A DNA stretch of 60,266 nt from contig CAYOSQ010000011.1 in NCBI GenBank assembly GCA_964406665.1, positions 1 to 60,266 of the forward strand, in the 5' to 3' direction. The notes beneath the pieces are model-generated. The model saw nothing but the letters and a program-made list of their open reading frames with translations. It was not told where the DNA came from and made no database searches. Below, piece after piece: positions 1-9,702 of this stretch (positions are counted from its first letter, which is position 1; each line of letters begins with the position of its first letter). This DNA is from an uncultured Planctomycetia bacterium. GTDB lineage: Bacteria > Omnitrophota > Gorgyraeia > VGKH01 > JBHPFN01. The position numbers were made by a program, and so were the translations under genes.

Positions 1-254
1 GTATTAGTCCTTTTAGTAGAAATAGATTCGTAGGCGAACAAATCGGAAAAGGCAGAAAATTAAAAGATATTCTTATAAAAATGGAAATGGTTTCTGAGGG
101 CATTCCGACGGCGAAATCAGCTTATCTTCTGAGTCTTAAGCATAAAGTTGATATGCCGATTACAACAGAGATTTATTCAGTTCTTTACAAAAACAAAAAT
201 CCTTTAAAAGCCGTTGATGATCTTATGCTTCGTAAGAAAAGGAATGAGTTTTAG
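1..254 (+). CDS. gpsA: NAD(P)H-dependent glycerol-3-phosphate dehydrogenase, C-terminal fragment (5' end outside window)
   Basis: The frame is open from the window edge (codon phase of position 3) to TAG at 252-254. The translation SRNRFVGEQIGKG...EGIPTAKSAY...DMPITTEIYSVLY matches the conserved GpsA C-terminus by eye. Confidence 0.75.
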   Translation, partial: ISPFSRNRFVGEQIGKGRKLKDILIKMEMVSEGIPTAKSAYLLSLKHKVDMPITTEIYSVLYKNKNPLKAVDDLMLRKKRNEF

Positions 255-258
255 AACA

Positions 259-334
259 CGGGGCGTGGCGCAGTTTGGCTTAGCGCGCTTGAATGGGGTT
301 CAAGAGGTCCTGGGTTCAAGTCCCAGCGCCCCGA
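259..334 (+). tRNA. tRNA-Pro (anticodon GGG)
   Basis: Cloverleaf read by hand. Acceptor is CGGGGCG/CGCCCCG, D arm GCGC-AGTTTGGCTTA-GCGC, anticodon stem CTTGA/TCAAG with loop ATGGGGT (GGG at 34-36), T arm CTGGG-TTCAAGT-CCCAG, discriminator A. CCA is not encoded. Confidence 0.9.
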
Positions 335-352
335 CATATCGAGGAGGTAAAG

Positions 353-694
353 TTGACTAGAAGAATAATTATAGCATTGTGTTTAACATGTTTTTTGTTT
401 GGATGCGCTTCTTTTAGGGAAAAACGAGAAGAAGAAAGAGAGAAACGCGAATTGCAGGAAGAGAATTACCAGAAGTTAAGGACTGATTCAAAAGAAAAAA
501 ATCTTTTTTTAGGACAAACCTGTGAGAATATCGTAACGTTATATGGAGAGCCAGAAGATGTTTTTAGATCTTCATCTGATGTAAGTAGTTTGGAAATCTG
601 GACGTATGATACTGTGCTTGGAGAAAATCAACTTTTTGATAGACCAATTCGTTTATATTTTAGCAATTGCGAATTAACATCGTGGACAAATTAA
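353..694 (+). CDS. small lipoprotein (possibly BamE/SmpA-OmlA-like)
   Basis: GAGGAGG at 341-347 precedes TTG 353. The N-terminus LTRRIIIALCLTCFLFGC has a lipobox. The longer ORF-track start at 293 would overlap tRNA-Pro. Confidence 0.6.
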   Translation: MTRRIIIALCLTCFLFGCASFREKREEEREKRELQEENYQKLRTDSKEKNLFLGQTCENIVTLYGEPEDVFRSSSDVSSLEIWTYDTVLGENQLFDRPIRLYFSNCELTSWTN

Positions 695-728
695 CTTGTT
701 GTATAGGTTTTGAAAAAGGAGAAAACCT

Positions 729-1070
729 ATGGAAGAGAGAAGAAAGCATAAGAGATTAAAGAGAAAGTTTATCGTTTCTTTTAGGCCGTATGGAAAGAAC
801 ACTGCTTTTGATGTTTCTCAAATGAAAGATATTAGTGTCGGCGGTGTGCGATTCATGACTTCAAAGCCGTATGCTGAGGGGACAACTTTGATTCTTCAGT
901 TTAAAACTCCAATTTCCGCTTTTAAGTTTGAAGTCACCGGAAATGTTATAGAGTCTAAGAAGGTTGTAGAGAATCTTATTTATGATACTCATGTGAGTTT
1001 TATGGATGTAGATAAAGATAGTGCAAAGGTGATTAAAGAGACGGTTGATTATTTTTCAAAGAATATTTGA
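729..1070 (+). CDS. stand-alone PilZ domain protein (c-di-GMP receptor family)
   Basis: RxxxR motif (RKHKR) near the N-terminus and DxSxxG motif (DISVGG). The protein is 113 aa with a single domain. Confidence 0.8.
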   Translation: MEERRKHKRLKRKFIVSFRPYGKNTAFDVSQMKDISVGGVRFMTSKPYAEGTTLILQFKTPISAFKFEVTGNVIESKKVVENLIYDTHVSFMDVDKDSAKVIKETVDYFSKNI

Positions 1071-1084
1071 GGAGAAGAGTGTAA

Positions 1085-2374
1085 ATGAAAAAGTTGCAAA
1101 TAGGTTTAATTGGATTTGGAAATGTTGGTGAAGGATTTATCAAGATTCTAAAAGAAAGAAGAAGCCTTATTAAAGAGAAAGCAGGTTTAGAATTTTGCAT
1201 AAAAAGGATTTGCGATAAAGATCTTAGGAGGAAAAGAAAGCTTAAGGTTGATAGAGGTATATTGACTAGCAATCCCCAGGATATCTTATCTGACCCTGAG
1301 ATAGAGATTATTGTTGAGTTAATTGGAGGGGTACACCCGGCAAAAGAATTTATCATGCAGGCACTTAAGTCAGGTAAGCATATTGTAACTGCAAACAAAG
1401 CACTCTTAGCCGAGGAAGGAAAAGATGTTTTAAAGCTTGCTGAAAAACTGAAGCGTAGCATTTATTTTGAGGCTTCGGTTGGTGCAGGAATTCCTGTAAT
1501 CAAAATTTTAAAAGAAGGATTATTGACTAATCGCATCAATGCGATTTATGGGATTATCAACGGTACCTCTAATTATGTGCTTTCAAAAATGTCTCAAGAG
1601 CACTGTTCTTTTTCTGATGCGTTGGCAGAAGCAAAACGAAACGGATTTGCTGAGGCTAAGCCTCATTTAGATATTGAAGGTATTGATAGCGCTCACAAAA
1701 TTGCTATCTTGAATTATTTAGCTTTTGGTCAGATGTTTAATTTTAAAGATATTTATACTGAGGGCATTTCTAAAATTTCACTTGCTGATATAAAATATGC
1801 GCACGGTATGGGATTTGAAGTAAAGCTTCTGGCAATAACAAAGAAAAAGAATGAATTTATTGAGACCAGGATTCAGCCAACTTTAATTCCCAAGAATCAT
1901 CTTTTGGCTTCGGTTAACGGGATATTTAATGCGATATATATCAATTCTGATTTAGTTGGTGATTTATTGTTTTATGGTGAGGGAGCAGGCCAAATGACTG
2001 CAGCTTCAGCTGTGGTTAGCGATTTAATTAATTTAGCTAATAATCTTGGGATGAATGGGTATGGGATTTCAAGATCCCGTAGAAAAAAGTTAAAGTTGCG
2101 TAAGCTTGATGACATCCAGTCTAAATATTATATTCGGTTTATGGCTATTGATAAGCCTGGGGTGTTAGCTAGAATTTCTGGAGTGTTGGGAAAATATAAA
2201 ATTAGTATTGCTTCTGTAAGTCAAAAGGGTAGGCGTCGTGCAAAGGTGGTGCCATTGGTAATGTTGACTCATGAAGCAAGCGAAAAGAATATGCGCATGG
2301 CACTTGCAAAGATCTACAAGTTAGCAATTATAAAAGAAGCTCCTGTGGCCATACGCATGGAAAGGGAAATTTAA
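1085..2374 (+). CDS. hom: homoserine dehydrogenase
   Basis: N-terminal GLIGFGNVG Rossmann motif, conserved core, and a C-terminal ACT-like region (YYIRF...DKPGVLA). Confidence 0.93.
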   Translation: MKKLQIGLIGFGNVGEGFIKILKERRSLIKEKAGLEFCIKRICDKDLRRKRKLKVDRGILTSNPQDILSDPEIEIIVELIGGVHPAKEFIMQALKSGKHIVTANKALLAEEGKDVLKLAEKLKRSIYFEASVGAGIPVIKILKEGLLTNRINAIYGIINGTSNYVLSKMSQEHCSFSDALAEAKRNGFAEAKPHLDIEGIDSAHKIAILNYLAFGQMFNFKDIYTEGISKISLADIKYAHGMGFEVKLLAITKKKNEFIETRIQPTLIPKNHLLASVNGIFNAIYINSDLVGDLLFYGEGAGQMTAASAVVSDLINLANNLGMNGYGISRSRRKKLKLRKLDDIQSKYYIRFMAIDKPGVLARISGVLGKYKISIASVSQKGRRRAKVVPLVMLTHEASEKNMRMALAKIYKLAIIKEAPVAIRMEREI

Positions 2375-3447
2375 TGTCCTGGGAAGGTGTAATAAAAAAA
2401 TATAAGAAGTTTTTACCGGTAAGTAGAAAAACTCCGATAATTACATTGCAGGAGGGCAATACTCCGCTGATATATTCTAAAACTTTATCGGAGCTGGCAG
2501 GTTCCAGCACTTATGAAGTATATCTTAAATACGAAGGGTTAAATCCCACTGGTTCTTTTAAAGACCGCGGAATGACTATGGCAATTTCCAAGGCTAAAGA
2601 AGAAAAATCAAAAGCAGTTATGTGCGCATCAACTGGAAATACTTCTGCTTCCGCTGCTGCTTATTCTGCGAAGTCAGGATTAAAGTGTATAGTGGTTATT
2701 CCTAAAGGTGCCATTGCTTTAGGAAAATTAGCGCAAGCATTAATTCATGGGGCTCAGGTTTTGGCCGTTGATGGTAATTTTGACGATGCTTTACGTATTG
2801 TAAGAGATATAACTTCAAATTATCCGATAACTTTAGTTAATTCTCTCAACCCTTATAGAATTGAAGGTCAAAAGACAGGTTCTTTTGAAATATGTGACTA
2901 TTTACATGGGGCACCAAATTATCATTTTATTCCTGTAGGTAACGCTGGAAACATAACTGCTTATTGGAAGGGATACAAAGAATATAAAAAAGCTGGACGC
3001 ATTAAAAGTCTTCCTAAGATGATGGGTTTTCAGGCTGCTGGTGCTGCACCGATTGTAAAAAAGCGCATTGTAAGAAAGCCTGAGACCATAGCTACAGCAA
3101 TTCGAATCGGTAATCCGGCAAGTTGGAGAAAGGCAGAAGAGGCCAGAGATGAATCTCGTGGACTGATTGATCTTGTAACTGATAAATCAATTTTAGACGC
3201 GTATAGACTTCTTGCTTCTAGAGAAGGGGTATTTGTTGAACCTGCCTCTGCTGCATCTGTTGCTGGATTATTAAAGTTGGTAAAAAAAGGATTCTTTAGA
3301 AAAAATAGATCTAAGACTAAAAAGAAGATAGTATGTGTTTTAACTGGTCATGGCTTAAAGGATCCTGACAGAGCCATAAAATCGGTTAAACCTCCTAGAG
3401 TTATCAAAGCGGACGCTAAAGCAGTTTTAAAAGAAATTGGGTTTTGA
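2374..3447 (+). CDS. thrC: threonine synthase
   Basis: PLP-lysine motif [10 protein letters not shown]. The start shares 1 nt with the hom stop (TAATG). Confidence 0.93.
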   Translation: MSWEGVIKKYKKFLPVSRKTPIITLQEGNTPLIYSKTLSELAGSSTYEVYLKYEGLNPTGSFKDRGMTMAISKAKEEKSKAVMCASTGNTSASAAAYSAKSGLKCIVVIPKGAIALGKLAQALIHGAQVLAVDGNFDDALRIVRDITSNYPITLVNSLNPYRIEGQKTGSFEICDYLHGAPNYHFIPVGNAGNITAYWKGYKEYKKAGRIKSLPKMMGFQAAGAAPIVKKRIVRKPETIATAIRIGNPASWRKAEEARDESRGLIDLVTDKSILDAYRLLASREGVFVEPASAASVAGLLKLVKKGFFRKNRSKTKKKIVCVLTGHGLKDPDRAIKSVKPPRVIKADAKAVLKEIGF

Positions 3448-3450
3448 TCA

Positions 3451-4095
3451 TTGAGCGAACTAAAAGGTAAAAAAATTCTCATTACTTCTGGACCAACCTG
3501 GGTTGCAATTGATAAGGTTAGAGTTATAAGTAATATTGCTACAGGGAAAGTGGGTGGCTTAATCGCAGATGAGGCAAAAAAAGCAGGAGCCCAAGTAACA
3601 TTATTGCAAGGTCAGGTAAAGGAAAGATTAAATAGAAAAAATATTAGAGTAATAAAATTTAAATATTTTTCTGATTTTTATATGCAACTCAGGAAAGAAT
3701 TAACATCTAAAAAGTACGATATTGTAATTCATTCAGCAGCAGTTTCGGATTATAGTGTAAAGAAATTTTTCTCTGGGAAGATACGTTCAGGTTTGTCTGG
3801 TTTTAAGTTGGAACTTAAGCCAACAATTAAAATAGTTAACAGAATAAAGAAAATTAGCAATAAAAGTATTTTAGTTGCATTTAAGTTAGGTATAGGTATT
3901 TCTAGGGCTAGCTTAATTAAAAATGCCGTGAAGCTGTTGAAATCATCCAAGGCAGATTTAGTAGTAGCAAATAGAATAAGTGGAGACAAGTATACTGCTT
4001 TTATCATTGATAAAAAAAGCAATATTTTAAATTCCGCTAGCAATAAGAAACAGCTTTCTGTTAAATTGATAAACATGCTCAATAGAAAAATATGA
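3451..4095 (+). CDS. coaB: phosphopantothenate-cysteine ligase, stand-alone CoaB domain
   Basis: LKGKKILITSGPT...ISN.ATGK matches the CoaB half of Dfp/CoaBC. No CoaC flavoprotein half is attached. TTG start. Confidence 0.8.
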   Translation: MSELKGKKILITSGPTWVAIDKVRVISNIATGKVGGLIADEAKKAGAQVTLLQGQVKERLNRKNIRVIKFKYFSDFYMQLRKELTSKKYDIVIHSAAVSDYSVKKFFSGKIRSGLSGFKLELKPTIKIVNRIKKISNKSILVAFKLGIGISRASLIKNAVKLLKSSKADLVVANRISGDKYTAFIIDKKSNILNSASNKKQLSVKLINMLNRKI

Positions 4096-5294
4096 AATAT
4101 GTAATTTTAATACCTGATGGAATGTCTGATTATCCTGTTGAAGAGCTAATGGGCAGAACTCCTTTAGAGGTTGCCAATACTCCTAATATGGATTCGATTG
4201 CTAGAGAAGGCATTGTAGGACTGGTTAACACAATTCCTAAGGGGATGGTTCCGGGATCTGATGTTGCCAACTTAGCAATTTTAGGATATGACCCAAAACA
4301 ATATTATGCAGGTAGAGGTCCTTTAGAGGCTGCTAATTTAGGTGTAGAGTTAAAAGAGGGGGAAGTTGCTTTCAGGTGTAATCTAATAACTGCTGAGAGC
4401 GATAAACTTATAGATTATAGCGCCGGTCATATTAGTACTAAGGAGTCTTCCATATTAATTAAATTTCTTGATAAACAACTCGGTGGTGAAAACTTGAAGT
4501 TTTATTCAGGGATAAGCTATAGACATCTTGCTGTAATAAAAACTGATAATGTTGATGGTTTGTTGCAGGTTAAGTGTTTGCCTCCACATGATATTATGGG
4601 GGGAAAAATTTCCAAGAATCTACCTAAAGGAAAAGAAGCTTCTCTTTTGAGTGATTTGATTCAGCGCTCCAGAGAGGTTTTGACTAAACATGAAATTAAT
4701 CAGGTTAGAATTGATCTTAAAGAAAATCCTGCTAATATGATTTGGCTTTGGGGTCAGGGAATAAAGCCTCAGATGCCAAAATTCATGGATAAGTTTGGTT
4801 TAAGTGGTTCAGTAATCTCTGCAGTGGATTTGATAAAAGGCATTGCAAAAATTATTGGCCTTGAGGTAATAAAAGTTCCTGGGGCAACTGGGTATTATGA
4901 TACTAATTATAAAGGTAAAGCTGAGCATGCTATTGAAGCCTTAAAAAAGGATGATTTTGTTTTTGTGCATGTAGAGGCTACTGATGAAGCGGGACATAAT
5001 GGTGATTTGAGGATGAAAATATCTTGCATTGAAAAATTTGATCAAGAGATCGTTGGTAGAATATTAGAATACTTGAAAGTAAATGGTGACTTCAGGATTT
5101 TAGTTAGTCCTGATCATGCAACCCCTGTTAGTATTCGTACGCATGCGAGCGATCCTGTTTGTTTTACAATGTGTGGAAAAGGCATTGATGCTTCTGGTGT
5201 TGAAGAATTCTCTGAAAAAACTGCAAAAGAGGCTAATTTCGTCATAGAAAAGGGCCATGAGTTAATGAATTATCTTGTTAAAGAATCTCTATGA
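4092..5294 (+). CDS. cofactor-independent phosphoglycerate mutase family protein (ApgM type); proposed non-orthologous homoserine kinase
   Basis: Archaeal-type iPGM / alkaline-phosphatase-superfamily signature (PDGMSD, HVEATDEAGH, SPDHATP). It is embedded in the hom-thrC cluster, which has no thrB. Confidence 0.75.
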   Translation: MKYVILIPDGMSDYPVEELMGRTPLEVANTPNMDSIAREGIVGLVNTIPKGMVPGSDVANLAILGYDPKQYYAGRGPLEAANLGVELKEGEVAFRCNLITAESDKLIDYSAGHISTKESSILIKFLDKQLGGENLKFYSGISYRHLAVIKTDNVDGLLQVKCLPPHDIMGGKISKNLPKGKEASLLSDLIQRSREVLTKHEINQVRIDLKENPANMIWLWGQGIKPQMPKFMDKFGLSGSVISAVDLIKGIAKIIGLEVIKVPGATGYYDTNYKGKAEHAIEALKKDDFVFVHVEATDEAGHNGDLRMKISCIEKFDQEIVGRILEYLKVNGDFRILVSPDHATPVSIRTHASDPVCFTMCGKGIDASGVEEFSEKTAKEANFVIEKGHELMNYLVKESL

Positions 5295-6901
5295 ATTCAT
5301 TAATAGTCGTTGCTATAGCTGTTGTATGTTTTTGGTTGGGATATAAATTTTATGCAAAAAAGCTGGAAGATCTTTGGGGCGTTGATTGCAAAAGAACTAC
5401 TCCGGCAGTAGATAAGTATGACGGCGTTGATTATGTTCCAGCAAAACATTGGTTAGTCCTTTTCGGTCATCATTTTGCTTCGATTGCAGGAGCTGGTCCA
5501 ATAATCGGTCCTGTAATAGCTGTTACTCTCTGGGGATGGCTGCCTGCGCTTATCTGGGTAATTGTTGGAACGATATTCATCGGAGGTGTTCACGATTTTG
5601 GAACTCTCTTAACTTCTGTTAAGGAGGATGGGAATTCCATAGCAGATATTGCATCAGGGGCAATTTCTAGAAACGCAAAGATTGTTTTTTCGTTATTTAT
5701 TTGGTTGGCTTTGATTTTAGTTATTGCTGTATTCGCTTATCTTTGCGCTGATACATTTATAAAGAATCCCAAGATAGTAATTCCGTCTTTAGGTTTAATC
5801 CCTACAGCAATCTTTGTAGGTTTTATGCTTTACAATGTAAAAGCAAATCCTGTTTTTACAACAGTTCTTGGTTTAGCTATTCTAGTTGGCTTAGTGGCTT
5901 TGGGGCAGAATTATCCAGTTACTGCTATTGATAATCAGTCAACCTGGATTCTGATTTTACTTGGTTATGCGTTCTTTGCTTCGATAATACCAGTTAATAT
6001 ACTTTTACAGCCTCGTGATTATTTGTCTAGTTTTCTTTTGTTCTTTGGTTTATTGTTTGGTTTTTTGGGATTGATAGTTACGCGTCCGTTGATCCAGACC
6101 CCGGCATTTACCCAGTTTGCTTCAGAGGGCGGAAATCTTTGGCCGATGTTAAGTGTGATTGTTGCTTGTGGAGCTATCTCTGGGTTTCATTCATTGATTG
6201 CATCAGGTACAACCTCAAAACAATTATCTAGTGAAGGAGTTGCCAAGAGAATTGGTTACGGCGGTATGGTTACTGAAGGATTACTCGCTGTTATGGTAAT
6301 TTTAGCAGTAAGCGCTGGATTAAATTTTAAAGAACTATCTGTTTGTATCGCTGATAAATCCAGCCCCATTGTAATTTATGGCCAGGGTTATGGGAATATT
6401 ACAAAGACCGTGCTCGGTGGATTTGGTGGCTTTATCGGAGTGATAATTTTGAATGCTTTTATTTTGACGACTCTTGATTCAGCTACGAGGATTACTAGAT
6501 ATATTACAGAAGAATTTTTTAAGATTAAAAATCGTTTTTTGTCAACGTCGTTTGTTGTGGTTGCTGGAGGCTATCTTGCTTTAGGTAAGGATAAGCTGAA
6601 TAATCCTTTGTGGAAGAAGATGTGGCCGGCTTTTGGTGCATCTAATCAATTGGTTGCAGCCTTAGCTTTATTGGTTTTAAGTTGTTGGTTGCTGGCAAGA
6701 AAAAAGCCGACCAGATATACATTGTTGCCTGCTATTTTTATGCTGGTTACTACTGTGGCTGCGTTAGTTTATCAAATGGTTCAATATTATCAGGGAGGCG
6801 ATTATCCACTTCTTACTGTATCTATGGTTTTATTAGGTTTGACATTTTTTATGGTGAAAGAAACAATATCGGCATTCAGGAGGATGGTTGCTTATGCCTA
6901 G
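5291..6901 (+). CDS. cstA: carbon starvation protein CstA family transporter
   Basis: Polytopic membrane protein with the CstA signature HFASIAGAGPIIGPV. Confidence 0.88.
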   Translation: MNSLIVVAIAVVCFWLGYKFYAKKLEDLWGVDCKRTTPAVDKYDGVDYVPAKHWLVLFGHHFASIAGAGPIIGPVIAVTLWGWLPALIWVIVGTIFIGGVHDFGTLLTSVKEDGNSIADIASGAISRNAKIVFSLFIWLALILVIAVFAYLCADTFIKNPKIVIPSLGLIPTAIFVGFMLYNVKANPVFTTVLGLAILVGLVALGQNYPVTAIDNQSTWILILLGYAFFASIIPVNILLQPRDYLSSFLLFFGLLFGFLGLIVTRPLIQTPAFTQFASEGGNLWPMLSVIVACGAISGFHSLIASGTTSKQLSSEGVAKRIGYGGMVTEGLLAVMVILAVSAGLNFKELSVCIADKSSPIVIYGQGYGNITKTVLGGFGGFIGVIILNAFILTTLDSATRITRYITEEFFKIKNRFLSTSFVVVAGGYLALGKDKLNNPLWKKMWPAFGASNQLVAALALLVLSCWLLARKKPTRYTLLPAIFMLVTTVAALVYQMVQYYQGGDYPLLTVSMVLLGLTFFMVKETISAFRRMVAYA

Positions 6902-8117
6902 AGAGTTAGTTGTGCAAAAATTTGGTGGCTCGTCCGTGGCTAATCCAGATAGAATTAAAGAGGTGGCGCGGCGAGTTGTTGCCTGTAAAAACAAAGGCTG
7001 TGATTTAGTCGTTGTGGTTTCTGCCTTGGGGGACACTACTGATAATTTGGTTAAACTTGCTGAGGATATTACCAAGAATCCTCCGGAGAGAGAAATGGAT
7101 ATGCTTATGGCTACCGGAGAGCAGATTTCTTGTGCTTTATTAGCTATGGCCATAGAAGAATTAGGATTTGATGCTATTGCTTTTACCGGTGGTCAGGTAG
7201 GAATAATCACGGATACTATTCATACCAAAGCCAGAATAGTAAGGATTGATGCTAGGCGCATACACAAAGCGATTAATAAAAATAAAGTTGTTATTGTAGC
7301 TGGTTTTCAGGGAGTAACTAGAAATGATGATATTACCACTCTTGGTAGAGGAGGGTCTGATTTAACTGCTGTTGCTTTAGCGAAAACTTTAAACGCAGAT
7401 ATGTGTGAAATTTATACTGACGTAGAGGGGATATTTACTGCTGATCCTAGAGTTGTAAAAAAAGCAAAGAAAATAAACTATATAACTTATGATGAGATGC
7501 TTGAAATGGCTTCTTTAGGTGCGCAGGTGATGCAGTCGCGCTCTATCGAATTAGCTAAAAAGTTTAATATTCCAATACATGTGAGATCTTCTTTTTCCGC
7601 TAAGGAGGGAACAATGATTGTTAAAGAATCTAAGAAAATGGAGGAAGTTGTTGTTAGGGGAGTTACTTTGAATAAAGCAGAAGCTAAAGTTACTATTTGC
7701 AGCGTCCCCGATAAACCGGGCATTGCTGGAAAGATTTTCGGTGAGATATCTAAAGCAGGTGTAAATGTTGACATGATTGTTCAAAATGTCAGCCATACCC
7801 GTCAGACTGATATTTCTTTTACAGTTCCCAAGAGTCACTTGAGTAAAGCTATAAAAATCGCAAGAAAAGTTGCAAAACAGATTAAGGCTGGGAGTGTTTT
7901 AAAAGATGCAAATGTTGCACGCGTATCTGTAGTTGGTGTAGGAATGAAATCTCATCCAGGTATTGCTGCAAAGATGTTTAAGTCTTTGGCTGAAAATAAA
8001 GTTAATATAGAAATGATTTCAACTTCAGAAATAAGTATATCTTGTTTGATTCAGAGAAAATTTGCTAATCTTGCAATGAAATCATTGGCTAAAAAATTTA
8101 ACTTAACAAAGAGGTGA
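6894..8117 (+). CDS. lysC: aspartate kinase
   Basis: VQKFGGSSV N-terminus and two C-terminal ACT domains. ATG 6894 sits 8 nt after CAGGAGGA; the ORF-track TTG start at 6888 is also possible. Confidence 0.93.
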   Translation: MPRELVVQKFGGSSVANPDRIKEVARRVVACKNKGCDLVVVVSALGDTTDNLVKLAEDITKNPPEREMDMLMATGEQISCALLAMAIEELGFDAIAFTGGQVGIITDTIHTKARIVRIDARRIHKAINKNKVVIVAGFQGVTRNDDITTLGRGGSDLTAVALAKTLNADMCEIYTDVEGIFTADPRVVKKAKKINYITYDEMLEMASLGAQVMQSRSIELAKKFNIPIHVRSSFSAKEGTMIVKESKKMEEVVVRGVTLNKAEAKVTICSVPDKPGIAGKIFGEISKAGVNVDMIVQNVSHTRQTDISFTVPKSHLSKAIKIARKVAKQIKAGSVLKDANVARVSVVGVGMKSHPGIAAKMFKSLAENKVNIEMISTSEISISCLIQRKFANLAMKSLAKKFNLTKR

Positions 8118-8123
8118 AAATAA

Positions 8124-9689
8124 ATGGTTAAACTATATGATACGACTTTACGTGACGGAGCACAGACAGAGGGTATTTCTTATTCTGCTCACGATAAGAT
8201 TCGTATTGCACAAAAACTAGATGATTTAGGCATTCATTTTATCGAAGGTGGCTGGCCAGGGTCTAATCCTAAGGATAAGGAATTTTTCAAACAGATGAAG
8301 AAGGTTAAGTTGAAGAATTCTAAGCTTGCTGCTTTTGGTTCAACGCGTCGCTTGGGAATTTCTGCTAATAAAGATAAAAACCTAAAAGAATTGGCATCGT
8401 CCGGAGCTAAAGTTGCTACTATTTTTGGAAAAAGCTGGGATTTGCATGTTAAGAATGTTATTAAGACATCTTTAGAAGAAAATCTTAAGATGATTTCAGA
8501 TTCTATTAAATTTTTGAAATCTAAAGGTATAACTGTATTTTATGATGCTGAACACTTTTTTGATGCGTATAAATCAAATTCAAAATATGCTATTGAGACT
8601 TTATTGTCAGCTCAAGATGCTGGTGCGAAAGTAATCGTTCTTTGCGATACCAATGGGGGAACGCTAACCAGTGAAATAGTAAAAATTATAACTAAAGTTA
8701 AGAAATCAGTAAAAGCTCCTTTGGGGATTCATGTGCACAATGATTTGGGTTTAGCTGTTGCCAATAGTATTGCTGCTGTAGAGATGGGCTGTGTCCAGGT
8801 TCAGGGTACTTTTAATGGATACGGAGAACGTTGCGGCAATGCTGATCTTTGTACTATTATCGGAATCCTCAAAACAAAAATGCAGGTTGATTGTTTGTCT
8901 ACAAAAAATCTGCAAGAATTAACAGAAGCATCTTATTTTGTTAGTGAGATTAGCAATCTGAAGCATCGTGATAACCAACCTTTTGTGGGTTATTCAGCTT
9001 TTGCACATAAAGGTGGCGTGCATATCGATGCCATGAAAAAGGAACCAAAAAGCTATGAGCACATTGATCCTCATGTTGTGGGAAATCGGCGCAGATTTTT
9101 GGTTTCTGAATTGGCTGGTAAGATTCCGATTGTGTTAAAAGCTAAAGAAATGCAACTCGATCTAGATAAAAAATCTCCCAAGGCTAAAAAAGTCTTAAAG
9201 CTTCTGCAGAATTTAGAACATCAAGGGTATCAGTTTGAAGCTGCCGATGCTTCGTTTGAGCTTTTTATGAAAAGAGAATTCAAAAAATATAAAAAGTTTT
9301 TTGAACTTGAAGGTTTTAAGGTTTTGGTTGAGAAAAGACTTGATAACAGGGTGTTGGCCGAGGCGACTATTCGCGTTAAGGTTAATAAAAAAGAACGCTA
9401 TATGGCAGCTGAAGGTGATGGTCCTGTAAATGCCTTGGATAATGCTTTAAGGACGGCCCTTAATGAATTTTATCCTAGTTTGGCAAAGATGCACCTGTCT
9501 GACTTTAAGGTACGTGTTTTAGATGCAAAATCCGGAACTGCCGCTAAAGTACGTGTATTAATTGAATCTCAAGATGAGACTGATTCATGGACTACTGTAG
9601 GTGTTCATGAAAATATAATTGAGGCTTCATGGCATGCTTTGGTAGATTCTATTGAATATAAGTTGTTAAAGGATCAGAAAAACAAATAA
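8124..9689 (+). CDS. cimA: citramalate synthase / 2-isopropylmalate synthase family protein
   Basis: [14 protein letters not shown] start, HxH metal site (IHVHNDLG) and a LeuA-dimer-like C-terminal domain. The length and N-terminus fit the CimA-type clade. Confidence 0.8.
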   Translation: MVKLYDTTLRDGAQTEGISYSAHDKIRIAQKLDDLGIHFIEGGWPGSNPKDKEFFKQMKKVKLKNSKLAAFGSTRRLGISANKDKNLKELASSGAKVATIFGKSWDLHVKNVIKTSLEENLKMISDSIKFLKSKGITVFYDAEHFFDAYKSNSKYAIETLLSAQDAGAKVIVLCDTNGGTLTSEIVKIITKVKKSVKAPLGIHVHNDLGLAVANSIAAVEMGCVQVQGTFNGYGERCGNADLCTIIGILKTKMQVDCLSTKNLQELTEASYFVSEISNLKHRDNQPFVGYSAFAHKGGVHIDAMKKEPKSYEHIDPHVVGNRRRFLVSELAGKIPIVLKAKEMQLDLDKKSPKAKKVLKLLQNLEHQGYQFEAADASFELFMKREFKKYKKFFELEGFKVLVEKRLDNRVLAEATIRVKVNKKERYMAAEGDGPVNALDNALRTALNEFYPSLAKMHLSDFKVRVLDAKSGTAAKVRVLIESQDETDSWTTVGVHENIIEASWHALVDSIEYKLLKDQKNK

Positions 9690-9702
9690 TTTATTTAAAT
9701 CT

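Noticed and set aside
293-352. N-terminal 20 codons of the ORF-track ORF 293-694.
   Set aside because: They overlap tRNA-Pro (259-334). A strong GAGGAGG RBS precedes the in-frame TTG at 353, which yields a proper lipoprotein signal peptide.
1033-1461. Antisense ORFs opposite conserved genes. Examples: 1033-1461, 2328-2510, 3750-4082, 6833-7153, 7487-7838, 10738-11055, 12481-12848, 13315-13554, 14380-14763, 16112-16339, 17231-17969, 18168-18383, 19204-19425, 20289-20492, 22045-22860, 24327-24515, 25139-25381, 26415-26609, 31044-31268, 34872-35066, 36081-36329, 37199-37723, 38341-38969, 43700-43984, 46715-47053, 48191-48400, 49261-49611, 51093-51626, 53874-54110, 54937-55125, 56032-56322, 57427-57847.
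   Set aside because: These are shadow ORFs on the strand opposite clearly conserved genes. Their translations are low-complexity (Ser/Leu/Ile/Phe-rich), they have no RBS and no recognisable motifs.
6682-6909. Same-strand alternative-frame ORFs inside real genes: 6682-6909 in cstA, 24043-24225 in the IMPDH gene, 38280-38492 in the FecR gene, and 41020-41205 and 42817-43077 opposite the helicase.
   Set aside because: They are fully embedded in better-supported genes, have no independent translation signals, and give implausible sequences.
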